IMG/VR virus record: IMGVR_UViG_3300022602_000024
Location: 248,001 to 312,000 of that record
Length of the DNA: 64,000 bases
Strand: one strand, 5' to 3'
Below, one piece after another: positions 20,125 to 31,105 of this stretch. Each line of letters opens with the position of its first letter. The stretch's first letter is position 1. The notes below the pieces were generated by a model. It worked only from the letters and a program-made list of their open reading frames with translations, did not search any database and was not told the origin of the DNA. The position numbers and the translations under genes are program-made.

Positions 20125-20753
20125 AATATTTTCGAAATTAGCTTTGTATTTTTACTTGCCCACGTATCGTATGTTGCATTAAATTGTTCTTGATTAATGT
20201 TTGATTGTAACATAGATTCTACTAGGCTACGACACTTTTTCTTATCAACTATGTCTTTTATGTCAATTCTGTTTAAATTTAATGCTTTCCACCCATTAAG
20301 ACATTTTTGCCAATCATTTCTCATTATGATTTTTACATGTTCATCTGTTAATGGTTTTATTTTTTTAATATCTTTAAATGAATGTGTCCTTAATAAAAAA
20401 TTAAATAATGTTTCGTTTGATGGTGTAATACGTTTGTCTATAAAAATTTCTGTTGTGACATCTAAGTAGTTGCCATCATCAATATAATAAAATTTACATT
20501 CAGGAAATAGATCAACAGTTTCTTTATAGCAATAATGTGTGTTAACTATGTTATTAAAATTTGAATACTCAAAATTTTTAAATTTTGTTAAATAAAAATT
20601 TTTACAAGCGGTTTTAAAATTGGCACTTGGGTGAGTTAATACCATTCCGTTATTGTCTATATCAACTTTATTAGTTTGAGATAACAGGACCACTAGAAAA
20701 TCTCCTGCTGCGCCACCATTAAACGCTATACAAATTTCGGGATTTGAATTCAT
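20121..20753 (-). CDS. Hypothetical protein (P-loop/sulfotransferase-like N-terminus)
   Basis: IAFNGGAAGDFL; very AT-rich gene. Confidence 0.55.
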   Translation of the reverse strand: MNSNPEICIAFNGGAAGDFLVVLLSQTNKVDIDNNGMVLTHPSANFKTACKNFYLTKFKNFEYSNFNNIVNTHYCYKETVDLFPECKFYYIDDGNYLDVTTEIFIDKRITPSNETLFNFLLRTHSFKDIKKIKPLTDEHVKIIMRNDWQKCLNGWKALNLNRIDIKDIVDKKKCRSLVESMLQSNINQEQFNATYDTWASKNTKLISKIL

Positions 20754-21289
20754 TTAAACATCAACTTTATTGTTTTTGCCCATATCATATGTGTTTTAAC
20801 TCCTGGATGAGAAGAACTTACATCACTGTCAATTTGTGGCATTAGATTTATTGCATTGGGATATTTTTTACCTTGGCTTATGTGTTTTATGTTAATATTA
20901 AATTTTTCAACTTCTTTAATTAACTCTGATATATCTTCTTGACCTGGACGGTCAACCCAAAAAAAGATTATTTTAGTGTTATGATAGTTTGTAGATGTTA
21001 TAAAGTTTTTTAAATTTACAATGCTGTCTCTATTTAAATAATTGCCAGCTAATCCGTAGTTATGTGCATTGGGGAAATAAGATACCATTGTTTTATCTTC
21101 TGGTACTCCGATACCAAATACAGTGCTAGCACCAAAAAATGCAAAATCTGGCAACCAGGTGTAGTCTACTGAGCTTCTAAATCCCTGATTATTTAGCTTG
21201 TATGTTATTAAGCCAGTTTGATCTTTTCCCCATTTATTTACTGTTTGCCCACGAAGTTCAAATAATGGTTTATTGACATTATCAATCAT
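20750..21289 (-). CDS. SGNH-hydrolase-like protein
   Basis: NNQGFR, AFFGASTVFGIGV, NYGLAG and D...HPG. Confidence 0.65.
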   Translation of the reverse strand: MIDNVNKPLFELRGQTVNKWGKDQTGLITYKLNNQGFRSSVDYTWLPDFAFFGASTVFGIGVPEDKTMVSYFPNAHNYGLAGNYLNRDSIVNLKNFITSTNYHNTKIIFFWVDRPGQEDISELIKEVEKFNINIKHISQGKKYPNAINLMPQIDSDVSSSHPGVKTHMIWAKTIKLMFK

Positions 21290-22328
21290 GTGCTAGTTTC
21301 TTCTTCTTTAACTCAATTTTTAATCTACTGGTTTCTTTGTAATGCAGAATGGTTTTTAAAACAAACAATTTGCCATAACGTTCCACTGCGGCACTGACAT
21401 CTTTGACATCATCTTCCCACTCAGGGAAACTCACACTCCATCCATATTCTACAGCATCATCAACTAACCGTGCCCCAGCCCGATCTCGATCGGGCACTAG
21501 GATAACTTCACGTGCTAGACTATCAATAATGTCGGCTTGTTGTTCATTGCATTGATTACTTAGTATAGCAACACCATCAATGGCCATGGCATCAAATGGT
21601 CCTTCAACCACAATCACAAACTTTGCATCTGTGGGTTGCAGATCTATGTTAAACACATAGTTAGGTTCGTGACTGTTAAAGTACTTGGGTTTAACATAAG
21701 GATCAAATGCTCTTGCAGTATAACCAATGGTTTTGTTCTTCCAAGTAAAAGGAACAATCACACGTTTGTTCAAGTTGTATTGCGATTCCGGAGTCCACAT
21801 TAGATTGTATTTGATCATATCAATCTCACGGTCCGCGGTGTACATGACTGCTGAGTGATAATCTGCTGGTACATTGTATACATCAGGATTTACTGCACCT
21901 AGGGTATAAAAAGTTTCCCATCCAGTGAAGTTCATTGCTGACTCTGGCAAGGGTCTTGGCTTGAACTCTACTTCTAGTCGTGCTTCTTCTACAAATGTTT
22001 CTGGTGCTACTAGATCTTTAACACGAATGGCTTCAATGACCAGGCGTTTGACTTCTGTTTCCGCGGCACCCAACCACGACAATAGTTTTCGAAACTTATA
22101 AGTTAAGTGGCGTCCAGGAACATAACTGGCTTTGAAGTTGCAGTTAAAGCAATGATAACTTACTCCTCCGTCGGGATTGGCTACTAAACCACCACGGCCA
22201 CGGGTATCTGCTGATTCACCGTTGTGATGACAACAAGGTGCATTAAAACTGATCCATCCGCTTGTGCTGTTGGTCTTCCTTTTATTAGGAAGCAACTGCA
22301 TTACAGAATCTTGAATACTATTAAACAT
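21282..22328 (-). CDS. DNA primase (zinc finger plus TOPRIM)
   Basis: APCC...YHCFNC zinc motif, PKY, VVEGPFDA, PDRDRAG and KDV. Confidence 0.92.
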   Translation of the reverse strand: MFNSIQDSVMQLLPNKRKTNSTSGWISFNAPCCHHNGESADTRGRGGLVANPDGGVSYHCFNCNFKASYVPGRHLTYKFRKLLSWLGAAETEVKRLVIEAIRVKDLVAPETFVEEARLEVEFKPRPLPESAMNFTGWETFYTLGAVNPDVYNVPADYHSAVMYTADREIDMIKYNLMWTPESQYNLNKRVIVPFTWKNKTIGYTARAFDPYVKPKYFNSHEPNYVFNIDLQPTDAKFVIVVEGPFDAMAIDGVAILSNQCNEQQADIIDSLAREVILVPDRDRAGARLVDDAVEYGWSVSFPEWEDDVKDVSAAVERYGKLFVLKTILHYKETSRLKIELKKKKLAHD

Positions 22329-22367
22329 CTTAGTAGTATACACTACTTTTTGGATTAAATCAACAGG

Positions 22368-23132
22368 TTAGATACCATATCTTGAGCGCAATGCCGTAAA
22401 GTTTTGGGTAACTTGCGTTGGGGTTAGCGCGGCACTGTATATCTTCCAGGCTCCGATATATCCGTTGAAGTAGTTAGCAACACCACCTATGTATGAGCCA
22501 CCGTTACCGCCACCAGTTGCGTCGGGCCTGCCCATACTCAAATATGTTGCATAGGGAGTTGTACCTGGCGGATTAGATTTGGTTCCTGCAATAGTCCCAC
22601 CTGCCGCACCATTTACATATGTTCTCACTGTGGCTAAATCATAAGTCATAACTATGTTGTACCATGTACTAGAACTCCATCCCGATTGAGCAATGGTACC
22701 TCCCAAATTGTAAACACCTGCGTTGATAGAACCGGCAATAAAACCCATTTGTGCATCAGTCCACCCGCTGTTCCATGTGCCATTGCTCCATTCAGCAATC
22801 AATGTGCCAGCAGTGCTAGCAGAAAGATTTCTACACCATACATCAAAGGTAAATCCATTATTTAATGTTGTACCATATCCGCCAGTGTATCCAAAGTATT
22901 GGCTACTTGCACTTGATAGTTGTAGCACAGTAGTTCCATTAACTGTTGTAGTAGATGGACTATTATATATTGTAGCATTGTAAGCGTTGGGACTGCTATC
23001 TAAGAATGTACTACCACTGACGCCAGTTGCAGCATCGTAGTTAGCAACCAAATTGGTTGTTACAATCATAGGAACATAGTCGTTCACAATAGTGATACCG
23101 TTGCCAATTTTGATTCCGCCACCTATGTTCAT
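22368..23132 (-). CDS. LamG/concanavalin-A-like domain protein
   Basis: LVANYDA, FTFDVW, WYNIVMTYD, YVNG and IYSAALT..QV.QNF. Confidence 0.85.
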   Translation of the reverse strand: MNIGGGIKIGNGITIVNDYVPMIVTTNLVANYDAATGVSGSTFLDSSPNAYNATIYNSPSTTTVNGTTVLQLSSASSQYFGYTGGYGTTLNNGFTFDVWCRNLSASTAGTLIAEWSNGTWNSGWTDAQMGFIAGSINAGVYNLGGTIAQSGWSSSTWYNIVMTYDLATVRTYVNGAAGGTIAGTKSNPPGTTPYATYLSMGRPDATGGGNGGSYIGGVANYFNGYIGAWKIYSAALTPTQVTQNFTALRSRYGI

Positions 23133-23839
23133 ACACCGTACCTTGTTCTTGTTACCAAATAATTCTGTGCTATTTCTGCGCTGGTTAATACACGATTATA
23201 AATCAGTGCTTGACCAATTTTGCCTTGTAGTGTTTCGCTACCACCAACGTTAGTAGCACCAACCTGTAATAAACTTGATGTGACATTAAGGCCACTAGCT
23301 GTTTGTGAGCCAACTTGACTGCCGTTGAGCCAAATACTTCTAGTAGTCCCGTCCCATTGTGTAAGAATATAGAACCATTGTGTCACAGGACTGAGTGAAG
23401 TTGTAACGGCATAATCATTACCATACCAATAGGCCACAAAAGCATTAGTAGTAGTGGTTCTAAATTGATTGGTTTGACTACCTGTAGTTGAATTACCAAT
23501 ACCAATGATACCTTGCCCATTCCAAGTCGACCCCAATTGGATCCACGCCGACATACTATAAGGACTCGATCCTGTGGGCAAAGTAGTGGACGATTTGTTA
23601 AAGTATCCGTTACTGGTCAAAGTAAAATATCCACCACCTGTACTGGTATAGGAGATGTTGCTAGAGTTCTGCATGGTGACGTTGTTGTTTTGCCCGCTTA
23701 GGTCGTACCATGTGGTGCCTGTGCCAGGATAACTAGTGGTGTTGGCGGCATCAAGATACAATTGTAGATTTGATGTAACAATTGGTTGCTGATCAATTAC
23801 AAATCCAACCCCGCTTAAGGTAATACCACGTATGATCAT
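23129..23839 (-). CDS. LamG/concanavalin-A-like domain protein
   Basis: LYLDAANTTSYPGTGTTWYDLSG and IYNRVLTSAEIAQNY. Confidence 0.87.
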   Translation of the reverse strand: MIIRGITLSGVGFVIDQQPIVTSNLQLYLDAANTTSYPGTGTTWYDLSGQNNNVTMQNSSNISYTSTGGGYFTLTSNGYFNKSSTTLPTGSSPYSMSAWIQLGSTWNGQGIIGIGNSTTGSQTNQFRTTTTNAFVAYWYGNDYAVTTSLSPVTQWFYILTQWDGTTRSIWLNGSQVGSQTASGLNVTSSLLQVGATNVGGSETLQGKIGQALIYNRVLTSAEIAQNYLVTRTRYGV

Positions 23840-24558
23840 ATGCCGTACCTTGTTCTGATTGAGGCATGGTTTTGTGCTATTTCTGCGGCCAACAATGCCC
23901 GACTGTAGACTGCCACTACACTGATATCACCATACCAGTAGTTGTCACCATATGCTACATTTTCGCCACCATTGCTGACCCATTGTGCTAGTGTCTGTCC
24001 TGTGGCACTATACACCGACTGTCCGTTAAAATAGCCCGTCATATTTCCACTACTGTCTTGAGTGACACCCACTGTAAACCATTGCCCAGTTGTCAACGTT
24101 AGAGGATTTGACACTATAGCACCACTTCCAAAACTGCCGTGTATCTCGTAAACTCCCGAACTGGGACTATAGATATAGGTATTGAAGTTTCTGGTACCAG
24201 TTGGGGTACCAAACAAACAACGATAAAGTCCGCTACCAAAACTGGCATTCATTCTTGCCGCAACAAATACAGTCTTACCTGTGTAGGTGGTGTTGTACTT
24301 GCCGGTGGGAGTACTGGCCAGCTGTGTACCGGCACCATTAAACGAAAAATAACTAGCGGCACCAGCACTGGTAAAAGGTGGACTGCCAGTGAATGTGGCG
24401 TTGTTGGTATTTGAGCTTAAATCAGTCCAAGTTGCACCTGATCCTGCGTAACTGGCAGTTTGCCCAGCATCTAGGTACAGCAATGCGTTGGTTTTAACAA
24501 ACGGTTGTTGATCAATTACATACCCAACGTTGTAAAGTGTGGCACCTTTGATTATCAT
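23836..24558 (-). CDS. LamG/concanavalin-A-like domain protein
   Basis: LYLDAGQTASYAGSGATWTDLS and VYSRALLAAEIAQNH. Confidence 0.87.
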   Translation of the reverse strand: MIIKGATLYNVGYVIDQQPFVKTNALLYLDAGQTASYAGSGATWTDLSSNTNNATFTGSPPFTSAGAASYFSFNGAGTQLASTPTGKYNTTYTGKTVFVAARMNASFGSGLYRCLFGTPTGTRNFNTYIYSPSSGVYEIHGSFGSGAIVSNPLTLTTGQWFTVGVTQDSSGNMTGYFNGQSVYSATGQTLAQWVSNGGENVAYGDNYWYGDISVVAVYSRALLAAEIAQNHASIRTRYGI

Positions 24559-24559
24559 A

Positions 24560-27500
24560 TTACCAATCTATCTTTAGTTGACGTACCCAGTTTTGAGCAG
24601 TGGATCCTCCAGTATATGCCGCTACACCAAAGTAATTTCCAGCTGGAGTCCAACTGCCAATGTTAACTGATCCTTGATATATTTCATTGAGATATACTTC
24701 TAACATACGGTTGCCGTTTTGTATCTTGCGAATCTTTAGGGTCAAGTTGTAGAAACTGGTGTAACTAGCGTTCCATAATGTAACTCCAGATGTTACATAG
24801 TTACCGTTACCAATATAGGGAATATTAGTTTGTGTGCCGTTAACATAAACCTCAAACTGACTTGCACTACTATAATAATGGTTCATAACTGCGATACCAC
24901 CAAGAGTGTTGGTATTACCGGGATTACCTGTGATGGCAGCATTAGATCCAAAGTAGATCCATTGTCCATCTGCACCGGTGCCTCCACTAGCACCAATACT
25001 AGCAGTTATAACCATATCATAGTTATAATTGATTGTACTACTATTCCAGTTAATGTAGCCAGACTGTGTAGTACTTGTTGTGGTTAGTTTTAATCCGTAT
25101 GCTTGTGTGCTATCCCAGGTAGCGTTGCCGCCAATAGTACCACTTGGAGTAAATGAACTTAGTGCAGAAGTGGAGTTGGCTTGCCATGTATCCCACAAGA
25201 AACGTGTCTTGGGTCCGCTTGCACCAGCAGCAATAATATTACCAGTGGATGAAACATTACCATATACTGTTAGCTGATTGGTGTTCCCATCCAAGTTCAT
25301 TCGTGTTACCCCAGGAGTAAACCAACGGAATGCGCCATTGTAGTTGTCTATTTCCCAGTTCTGTGTGGTATTGCCATTGAAGAATCCAACACGCGGTGAT
25401 TGTGCTCCAGTTGTGCCAGAATTACCAACAAACACACCAGATATGGTTGTACTTTCATTGAATGCACCAGTAAACTGTCCGTATCCTGAAGTTACCAAAT
25501 TGCCGGCAGTCACGTTACCACTAAATGTAGCACTAGTACCAATACTATTTCCATACTGTGTACCAATGATATTACCGGCGTTTAAATTACCAAGGACGGT
25601 TACGGTATTACCAAACCAAGCAGGCGTAATACTTGTAACAACAAACTGACCCGTACCATCCGGGTTAACTGTAATGTTGGCATTGGTTCCTACCACTGTA
25701 CCAATGGTGCCGCTAGTGTTCATTACAAGATCACCATTGACCGGCATTGTCAAATTGCCAGTAGTATCAAATACATAATTGTAACTGCCGGATACCAATG
25801 TCACATTAGGTTGTGTACCATAGATGTTGCCCACACTACTGATGCCAGTCAGTGCAGCACCATTACCTACAAAGTAGTTGGCAGTAACATTGCCAGTATA
25901 GGTAGCAGATGTGCCTATGCTATTGCCGTATTGTGTGCCAATGATATTGGCTGCTTGTACATTGGCACTGGCAATGACATTACCAATGACATTAATTTGG
26001 CTTTGACTAAATGTAGCAGTCGATACTCCGCCAATTTGTACTACTGCATTGCCACCACTTGTAGCAAATGACAAACTGCTTGTACCATTGCTAACAGTGG
26101 TAATTGAGTTTAATATGTTTACACCATTAGCAAATAAATGATTGTTAGAAATTACGTTACCAACAGTGATATTTGCTGATCCACCAACTGATGATAGAAT
26201 AATTGATCCATTTGAAATTATGTTAACGTTTGCAGGTAATGCTAAGTTACCATCTAACCCAAACACATAATCAGCAAGTCCTGTAAGTAGACTTGAGCTA
26301 ACTCTATTAGGATTATAATTGGTTAGAATAACAGTAGCACCTAGCCCACCTGGTAAAGTTAGAATATCACCATTCTTATATCCTGTACCAGGGTTGGTTA
26401 CAACATAGCTGTTAGGGTAGCCGCCAGTAGCACCATAACTTGCTGTCATGCCTGTACCCGAACCACCTGTTAGACTTTGGTTATTGTATGGTGGACTGTT
26501 ATATCCACCAGCTCCTGTATAGGTGCTAAGTTGATTGTATGTGCCAAAAGCACGAACTGTCAAATTACCATTGCTGGTTCCAACCGCATTTGCAACAAAC
26601 ACATTACTAGCAGCAGCCGCAGTAGTAGTGCCCAGGTTGATGGTAGTTGCGGCACCGCCCATGGAGATTGTGGTTGCTGTACCGTTAAATATTGCAGCGG
26701 ATGTTTGGTTGGTTGTGATAGTACCAATGGTGTTAAGTACTAATCCAGCAGTTGATGTAAATCCAACACCAGTGACTGCCCCAGCACTAGTGATACCAAC
26801 TGAGTTATATGTAGTCAATGCGGTACTGGTCAAAGCCATTCTAGTGCCCATGCCAGCTACTGCGTTAGCAGTACCGCTACCCTGTCCGTTCCAATAGAAG
26901 CTACCGCCATCTATATAAAATTGTCCAGCACCATTGGAGTAGGTGTTGCGAATAAACATAGCACCGTTGCTGCCAAAGTAAGCGTTGTTTAGAATCTGTG
27001 TGGTCGATAAGTTTGTGCCCGTACCTGTACTGATCGTTGTATTGTTACCAACAAATAACTGTGTTATGTTAGCCTGTGTAGGATATGTATTGACGTTGCC
27101 TAATGCAACAATACTATTAGCACTCAACATTGCGACTACGTTGGCATTGCTGTATGTTGTTCCGCCGCCTGATCCACTTGTGAATACTGTACCATTGGCG
27201 TATAAAATATTGCCAGTTGTGGGTATAGTTAAGTTACCAGTGTTGTCAAATATCCAATTGTAGCTGCCAGCTTGTAGTGTTACATTGGGTTGAGTACCAT
27301 AGATATTACCCGCTTGACTATAAGTGAGTCCGGTTAATCCTGATGCTGGTCCATAGAAGTTGGCGGCAATAATATTGCCTGGGGCAATCACGTTGCCTGC
27401 AGATGTTATGGTCAAACGAGTTACTAATGCATTATTACTGGCACCCGGAGTCTTTGTAGCAAATTGTATATTGGCCGAGTAATCACCATTGTCAATGGAA

Positions 27501-30500
27501 TATATTCTTGCTTCTGGTGGTTGTCCTGCACCTGTATAGGTGTATAAGTCAATAGCAGTACCAGCACCAGCTTGTCCGCCAGTGTTGACCAAACTCAATA
27601 CACTGGCCACGTTGCCAGTATTGGCCACTGTAATATTCAGTGGTGTTGCGTAATACAAATTACTAGCAGCCGCACCAATAAACACATTACTGGTTGTGAC
27701 AATATTGGATGAGATACCATTGCTTAAATAACTAGCAACATTGGTGTTACTGTATGTGCTTCCTTGTGGATTAGCAACCAAATAAGCAGCCACATTACTA
27801 TTGCTATAGAATGTTTGTGTTGTTAGGTATGCAGCAACATTGGTATTTGAGTAGGTGCCGCCTATACCAGTCAAAATACTGACACCATTGGCATAATTAT
27901 AACTGTTGCTATAAATGCCATTAGACACAATCATTGAGCCGTTGCCGTACAAGGATGCTATGTTGGAAGTACCAGCATACCATTTGTAGCCAAATGAATT
28001 GGTGGCTTGCGGAATACTGAACCAAGTAAATCCCGACTCAATGCCAACGGCATAGTCAACATTGGTGCTATTAACTTGTGGCCAAAGAATAAGTTTGCTG
28101 CCAACACTACTGGTTGTGAATGTGGGAGTACCAAATCCACTGGCAGTCCAACTGATGTTGCCAGTGAGACTGTTCAATGATGGTGTGGCCGAAATTCCTG
28201 ACAGTATGTTGACGCCATTGGCATAGGTGAATTTGTTTGCCGATACACTATTCACCACAGTAACATTGTTGGCAAACCAAGCATTTTGTGTGTAGCCCAC
28301 AAGTTCAAATATGCTGGCTCCGCCAGTTTGTCCCACTGTGAATCCATCGGGACCTGCTTGTCCTTGTCCAACCACAACATCTACAGTGGCTTGGGCTGTG
28401 GTTTTTGTATAGGCGCCAAGACCGTAACCAATTCTCCAGTTTTGATCTGTTGTTCTGAAATCCAACCAACTGCCAATTGATAGTCCAACATTGCCTGTTG
28501 TGATGTTGCCCAACAAGTACGAGGCAACATTGGCATTGGCATAACTGCTGGTTCCAAAATTTAAATTAGCGTATGTGTAGAAACTTCCAATATTGGCCTG
28601 TAGTGTCGTAATATTAGAACTGAATGCAGCATCATTTGCTTGTATACTAGTAATAATACTAGACGTTGGCAGGTATTGTGCAACCTGTAAGTTACCGTAA
28701 GTAATAATAGGACTGTATCCACCAATTACTTGAATGTCAAACCATTGATTTGATATAGTATTATTAGATAAAGAACTACCTGATGCTGAATATAATTGAA
28801 GTTTAATATTAGCTGTTGAGCTTGTAGTAAGTATTGCTTCAGCAGTAGGAGATCCAGATCCATATGTAAGCCCAGCTGAAGTTTGCGGGACCAATACTGG
28901 ACTACCTATTACTGCACCATTACTAGAAAATACCCATTGTACAAAAGGTTGGCCAAGATTATTGGTGACTCCAGCACTTAAATCTCCTATAGCACCCATT
29001 AATCTATATGTTTTGCCAGCTTGTAAAGTAATATTTCCCGAATTACTATCATAAGAAATATCACTACCTGCAATATTATCTATACCTGAAAATAGTATAG
29101 TAAAGGTACCAGTCCCACTTAAACTTTGTGTTGTGTTTGTTCCATGAGCATAACTTGCAACTACCCCGGTATTAACATATGGTAATCCATTTGCATAGAA
29201 TAACCCGTTTGTATAAAGATTACCAAAGTTACCGCTATACGTTGACAAATATGCATTAACTTGTGTATTGCCATAATTACTACTTGTAAATGGTGTGCCA
29301 TTAGCATAGAAGAATCCTGCAGCTAACACATTGCCAGCAGTGACATTACCACTATGACCCACATTGCCTGCAAAGTAACTGTCGCCAACTACACCCAGTC
29401 CACCTCCGGCAACCACCAGAGTTTGTGAGTTGGTACCAGCAACGTTTCCTGTACCAATTGCGCCAACTGTGGCTTGAGCAGCAGTGATGGTAAATGCAGT
29501 GGGAGTTGAATTATTGTTGATTCTAAAAAACAAAGAACCTGAACTTGCAGCATTTAACCAAGTATTAGTTCCGTTGACCAAAATACTATAGTTACCATTG
29601 GCAGGTGTAATTGCAGTTGAATACAAAGCTGCATAACTACCGCCGCCAGTCCAAGGTTGTAGTGCAATACCTTGTGTGCCTGTACCGCCTTGTAGTGCTC
29701 CAGTTGTTATCACACTACCAGCATACAAGTTTCCGGCAACGCCTACACCACCAGCAACTTGTAGAGCACCTGTTGTTGTGCTGGTGCTGGTAGTGGTTTG
29801 TGCCAATATCAAACCAACATTGTTTTTAAAACGTCCTTGATAGTTGCTGGTTGTACTAAATCCACCTGTGGTAAACACAATGTCATTTGGTCCACCAGTA
29901 CCCAGTATCAAATTACCATTGGTGTTTGCAGTTCCTTGCACATATAGATATCCATCAAGTGCACGATTAAGTTCATTGCCAGTGCCGCCAACAAACCCAC
30001 TGCTGTTGATACCCATATCAATGTAACCAGCACCAGCGGAGCCAGTATCAGCAGTAGCCACATAATCAGTGCTGGCATTGATGCCTGAATTGATATTTTG
30101 ATGATTTACTTGTGCATAACCATTGAAGTTGGTTGAGTTTTGTAATACCGTTTGTGGCTGATAATTATAACCAGAAAGAATACCTGCGTATAGTGCACCA
30201 AAACCTGCGGCGTTACCTTGGAACGTACCAGTAGCAATAGTAATACTATTAACATTACCAACATAATTAATGTTGCCTGTTACTGTTAAATTTCCAGCAG
30301 TCAGATTACCAGCATAAGTCGGCAGATACGTTGACAAATATGCCGACACATTGGCATTGGTATATGAACCGTTCTGTAATGTAGCGACGAGTACATTAGC
30401 CGCCGACACGTTGGCGTTAATGGTATCAATTAATGTTTGTTGCGCACCAGCATTTGCAGTCAATGATGTAGTAAATGAATCCACATAGGTCTTCATTGCT

Positions 30501-31102
30501 GAATTTGCAGTGACTATGGCCAAGTTGGCAGCAGTCACATTGGCATTTATATTAGTAATACTGTTAGTAATAGCACCTATTGCACTGCCTTCGGCAGCTA
30601 AGTTAGCGGCAATCTCTCCTAGTGTATCCAAAGTACCCGGAGCACTGTTGATCAAGTTGTTGATTGCAGTACTGATTTGGTAGTCAGTGTAGCCTTTTAG
30701 AGCAGTATTGGCTGTAATAATGGCTGCATTAGCAGCCAAGATATTTGCATTTATAGCCGAAATAGTAGCGTCATGCGGCAAATATACTGCCACATTGGCA
30801 TTGCCGTAAACCAAATTCTGTAATTCTTCTAAGTTTACATTGGCAAAAAATGATTCAAGCTGGGTAATATTGCCTGTGATACCTGCTATGTTGGCTATTT
30901 CGGTTTGTAATGTAGCAATGGTATTGTTGAGAGTGTTGACATTTGCACCAATTTGGTGTCCACCTTGTGTGACACCATCTTGTACATATACTGAATTGTC
31001 ATCTGTGTTTAATATCAACTCACCGTGAGGACCGGTATATGTACTAATCGTCAGAGTATTACCGCGTTTAATTAGAATTTGTTTTATATTGAGATTAGAC
31101 AT
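24560..31102 (-). CDS. Giant tail fibre / adhesin (2180 aa) with C-terminal L-type lectin-like domain
   Basis: N-terminal IKRG...GELILNTD...QDGVTQGG; APGTLDTLGEIA fibre motif; Gly/Asn/Thr-rich repeats; GADG motif near the C-terminus. Confidence 0.88.
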   Translation of the reverse strand: MSNLNIKQILIKRGNTLTISTYTGPHGELILNTDDNSVYVQDGVTQGGHQIGANVNTLNNTIATLQTEIANIAGITGNITQLESFFANVNLEELQNLVYGNANVAVYLPHDATISAINANILAANAAIITANTALKGYTDYQISTAINNLINSAPGTLDTLGEIAANLAAEGSAIGAITNSITNINANVTAANLAIVTANSAMKTYVDSFTTSLTANAGAQQTLIDTINANVSAANVLVATLQNGSYTNANVSAYLSTYLPTYAGNLTAGNLTVTGNINYVGNVNSITIATGTFQGNAAGFGALYAGILSGYNYQPQTVLQNSTNFNGYAQVNHQNINSGINASTDYVATADTGSAGAGYIDMGINSSGFVGGTGNELNRALDGYLYVQGTANTNGNLILGTGGPNDIVFTTGGFSTTSNYQGRFKNNVGLILAQTTTSTSTTTGALQVAGGVGVAGNLYAGSVITTGALQGGTGTQGIALQPWTGGGSYAALYSTAITPANGNYSILVNGTNTWLNAASSGSLFFRINNNSTPTAFTITAAQATVGAIGTGNVAGTNSQTLVVAGGGLGVVGDSYFAGNVGHSGNVTAGNVLAAGFFYANGTPFTSSNYGNTQVNAYLSTYSGNFGNLYTNGLFYANGLPYVNTGVVASYAHGTNTTQSLSGTGTFTILFSGIDNIAGSDISYDSNSGNITLQAGKTYRLMGAIGDLSAGVTNNLGQPFVQWVFSSNGAVIGSPVLVPQTSAGLTYGSGSPTAEAILTTSSTANIKLQLYSASGSSLSNNTISNQWFDIQVIGGYSPIITYGNLQVAQYLPTSSIITSIQANDAAFSSNITTLQANIGSFYTYANLNFGTSSYANANVASYLLGNITTGNVGLSIGSWLDFRTTDQNWRIGYGLGAYTKTTAQATVDVVVGQGQAGPDGFTVGQTGGASIFELVGYTQNAWFANNVTVVNSVSANKFTYANGVNILSGISATPSLNSLTGNISWTASGFGTPTFTTSSVGSKLILWPQVNSTNVDYAVGIESGFTWFSIPQATNSFGYKWYAGTSNIASLYGNGSMIVSNGIYSNSYNYANGVSILTGIGGTYSNTNVAAYLTTQTFYSNSNVAAYLVANPQGSTYSNTNVASYLSNGISSNIVTTSNVFIGAAASNLYYATPLNITVANTGNVASVLSLVNTGGQAGAGTAIDLYTYTGAGQPPEARIYSIDNGDYSANIQFATKTPGASNNALVTRLTITSAGNVIAPGNIIAANFYGPASGLTGLTYSQAGNIYGTQPNVTLQAGSYNWIFDNTGNLTIPTTGNILYANGTVFTSGSGGGTTYSNANVVAMLSANSIVALGNVNTYPTQANITQLFVGNNTTISTGTGTNLSTTQILNNAYFGSNGAMFIRNTYSNGAGQFYIDGGSFYWNGQGSGTANAVAGMGTRMALTSTALTTYNSVGITSAGAVTGVGFTSTAGLVLNTIGTITTNQTSAAIFNGTATTISMGGAATTINLGTTTAAAASNVFVANAVGTSNGNLTVRAFGTYNQLSTYTGAGGYNSPPYNNQSLTGGSGTGMTASYGATGGYPNSYVVTNPGTGYKNGDILTLPGGLGATVILTNYNPNRVSSSLLTGLADYVFGLDGNLALPANVNIISNGSIILSSVGGSANITVGNVISNNHLFANGVNILNSITTVSNGTSSLSFATSGGNAVVQIGGVSTATFSQSQINVIGNVIASANVQAANIIGTQYGNSIGTSATYTGNVTANYFVGNGAALTGISSVGNIYGTQPNVTLVSGSYNYVFDTTGNLTMPVNGDLVMNTSGTIGTVVGTNANITVNPDGTGQFVVTSITPAWFGNTVTVLGNLNAGNIIGTQYGNSIGTSATFSGNVTAGNLVTSGYGQFTGAFNESTTISGVFVGNSGTTGAQSPRVGFFNGNTTQNWEIDNYNGAFRWFTPGVTRMNLDGNTNQLTVYGNVSSTGNIIAAGASGPKTRFLWDTWQANSTSALSSFTPSGTIGGNATWDSTQAYGLKLTTTSTTQSGYINWNSSTINYNYDMVITASIGASGGTGADGQWIYFGSNAAITGNPGNTNTLGGIAVMNHYYSSASQFEVYVNGTQTNIPYIGNGNYVTSGVTLWNASYTSFYNLTLKIRKIQNGNRMLEVYLNEIYQGSVNIGSWTPAGNYFGVAAYTGGSTAQNWVRQLKIDW

Positions 31103-31105
31103 TTG

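Noticed and set aside
24560-31102. Diversity-generating retroelement target in the fibre or lectin genes
   Set aside because: No reverse transcriptase and no template/variable repeat pair differing at adenines was seen; the internal duplications are diverged, protein-level repeats
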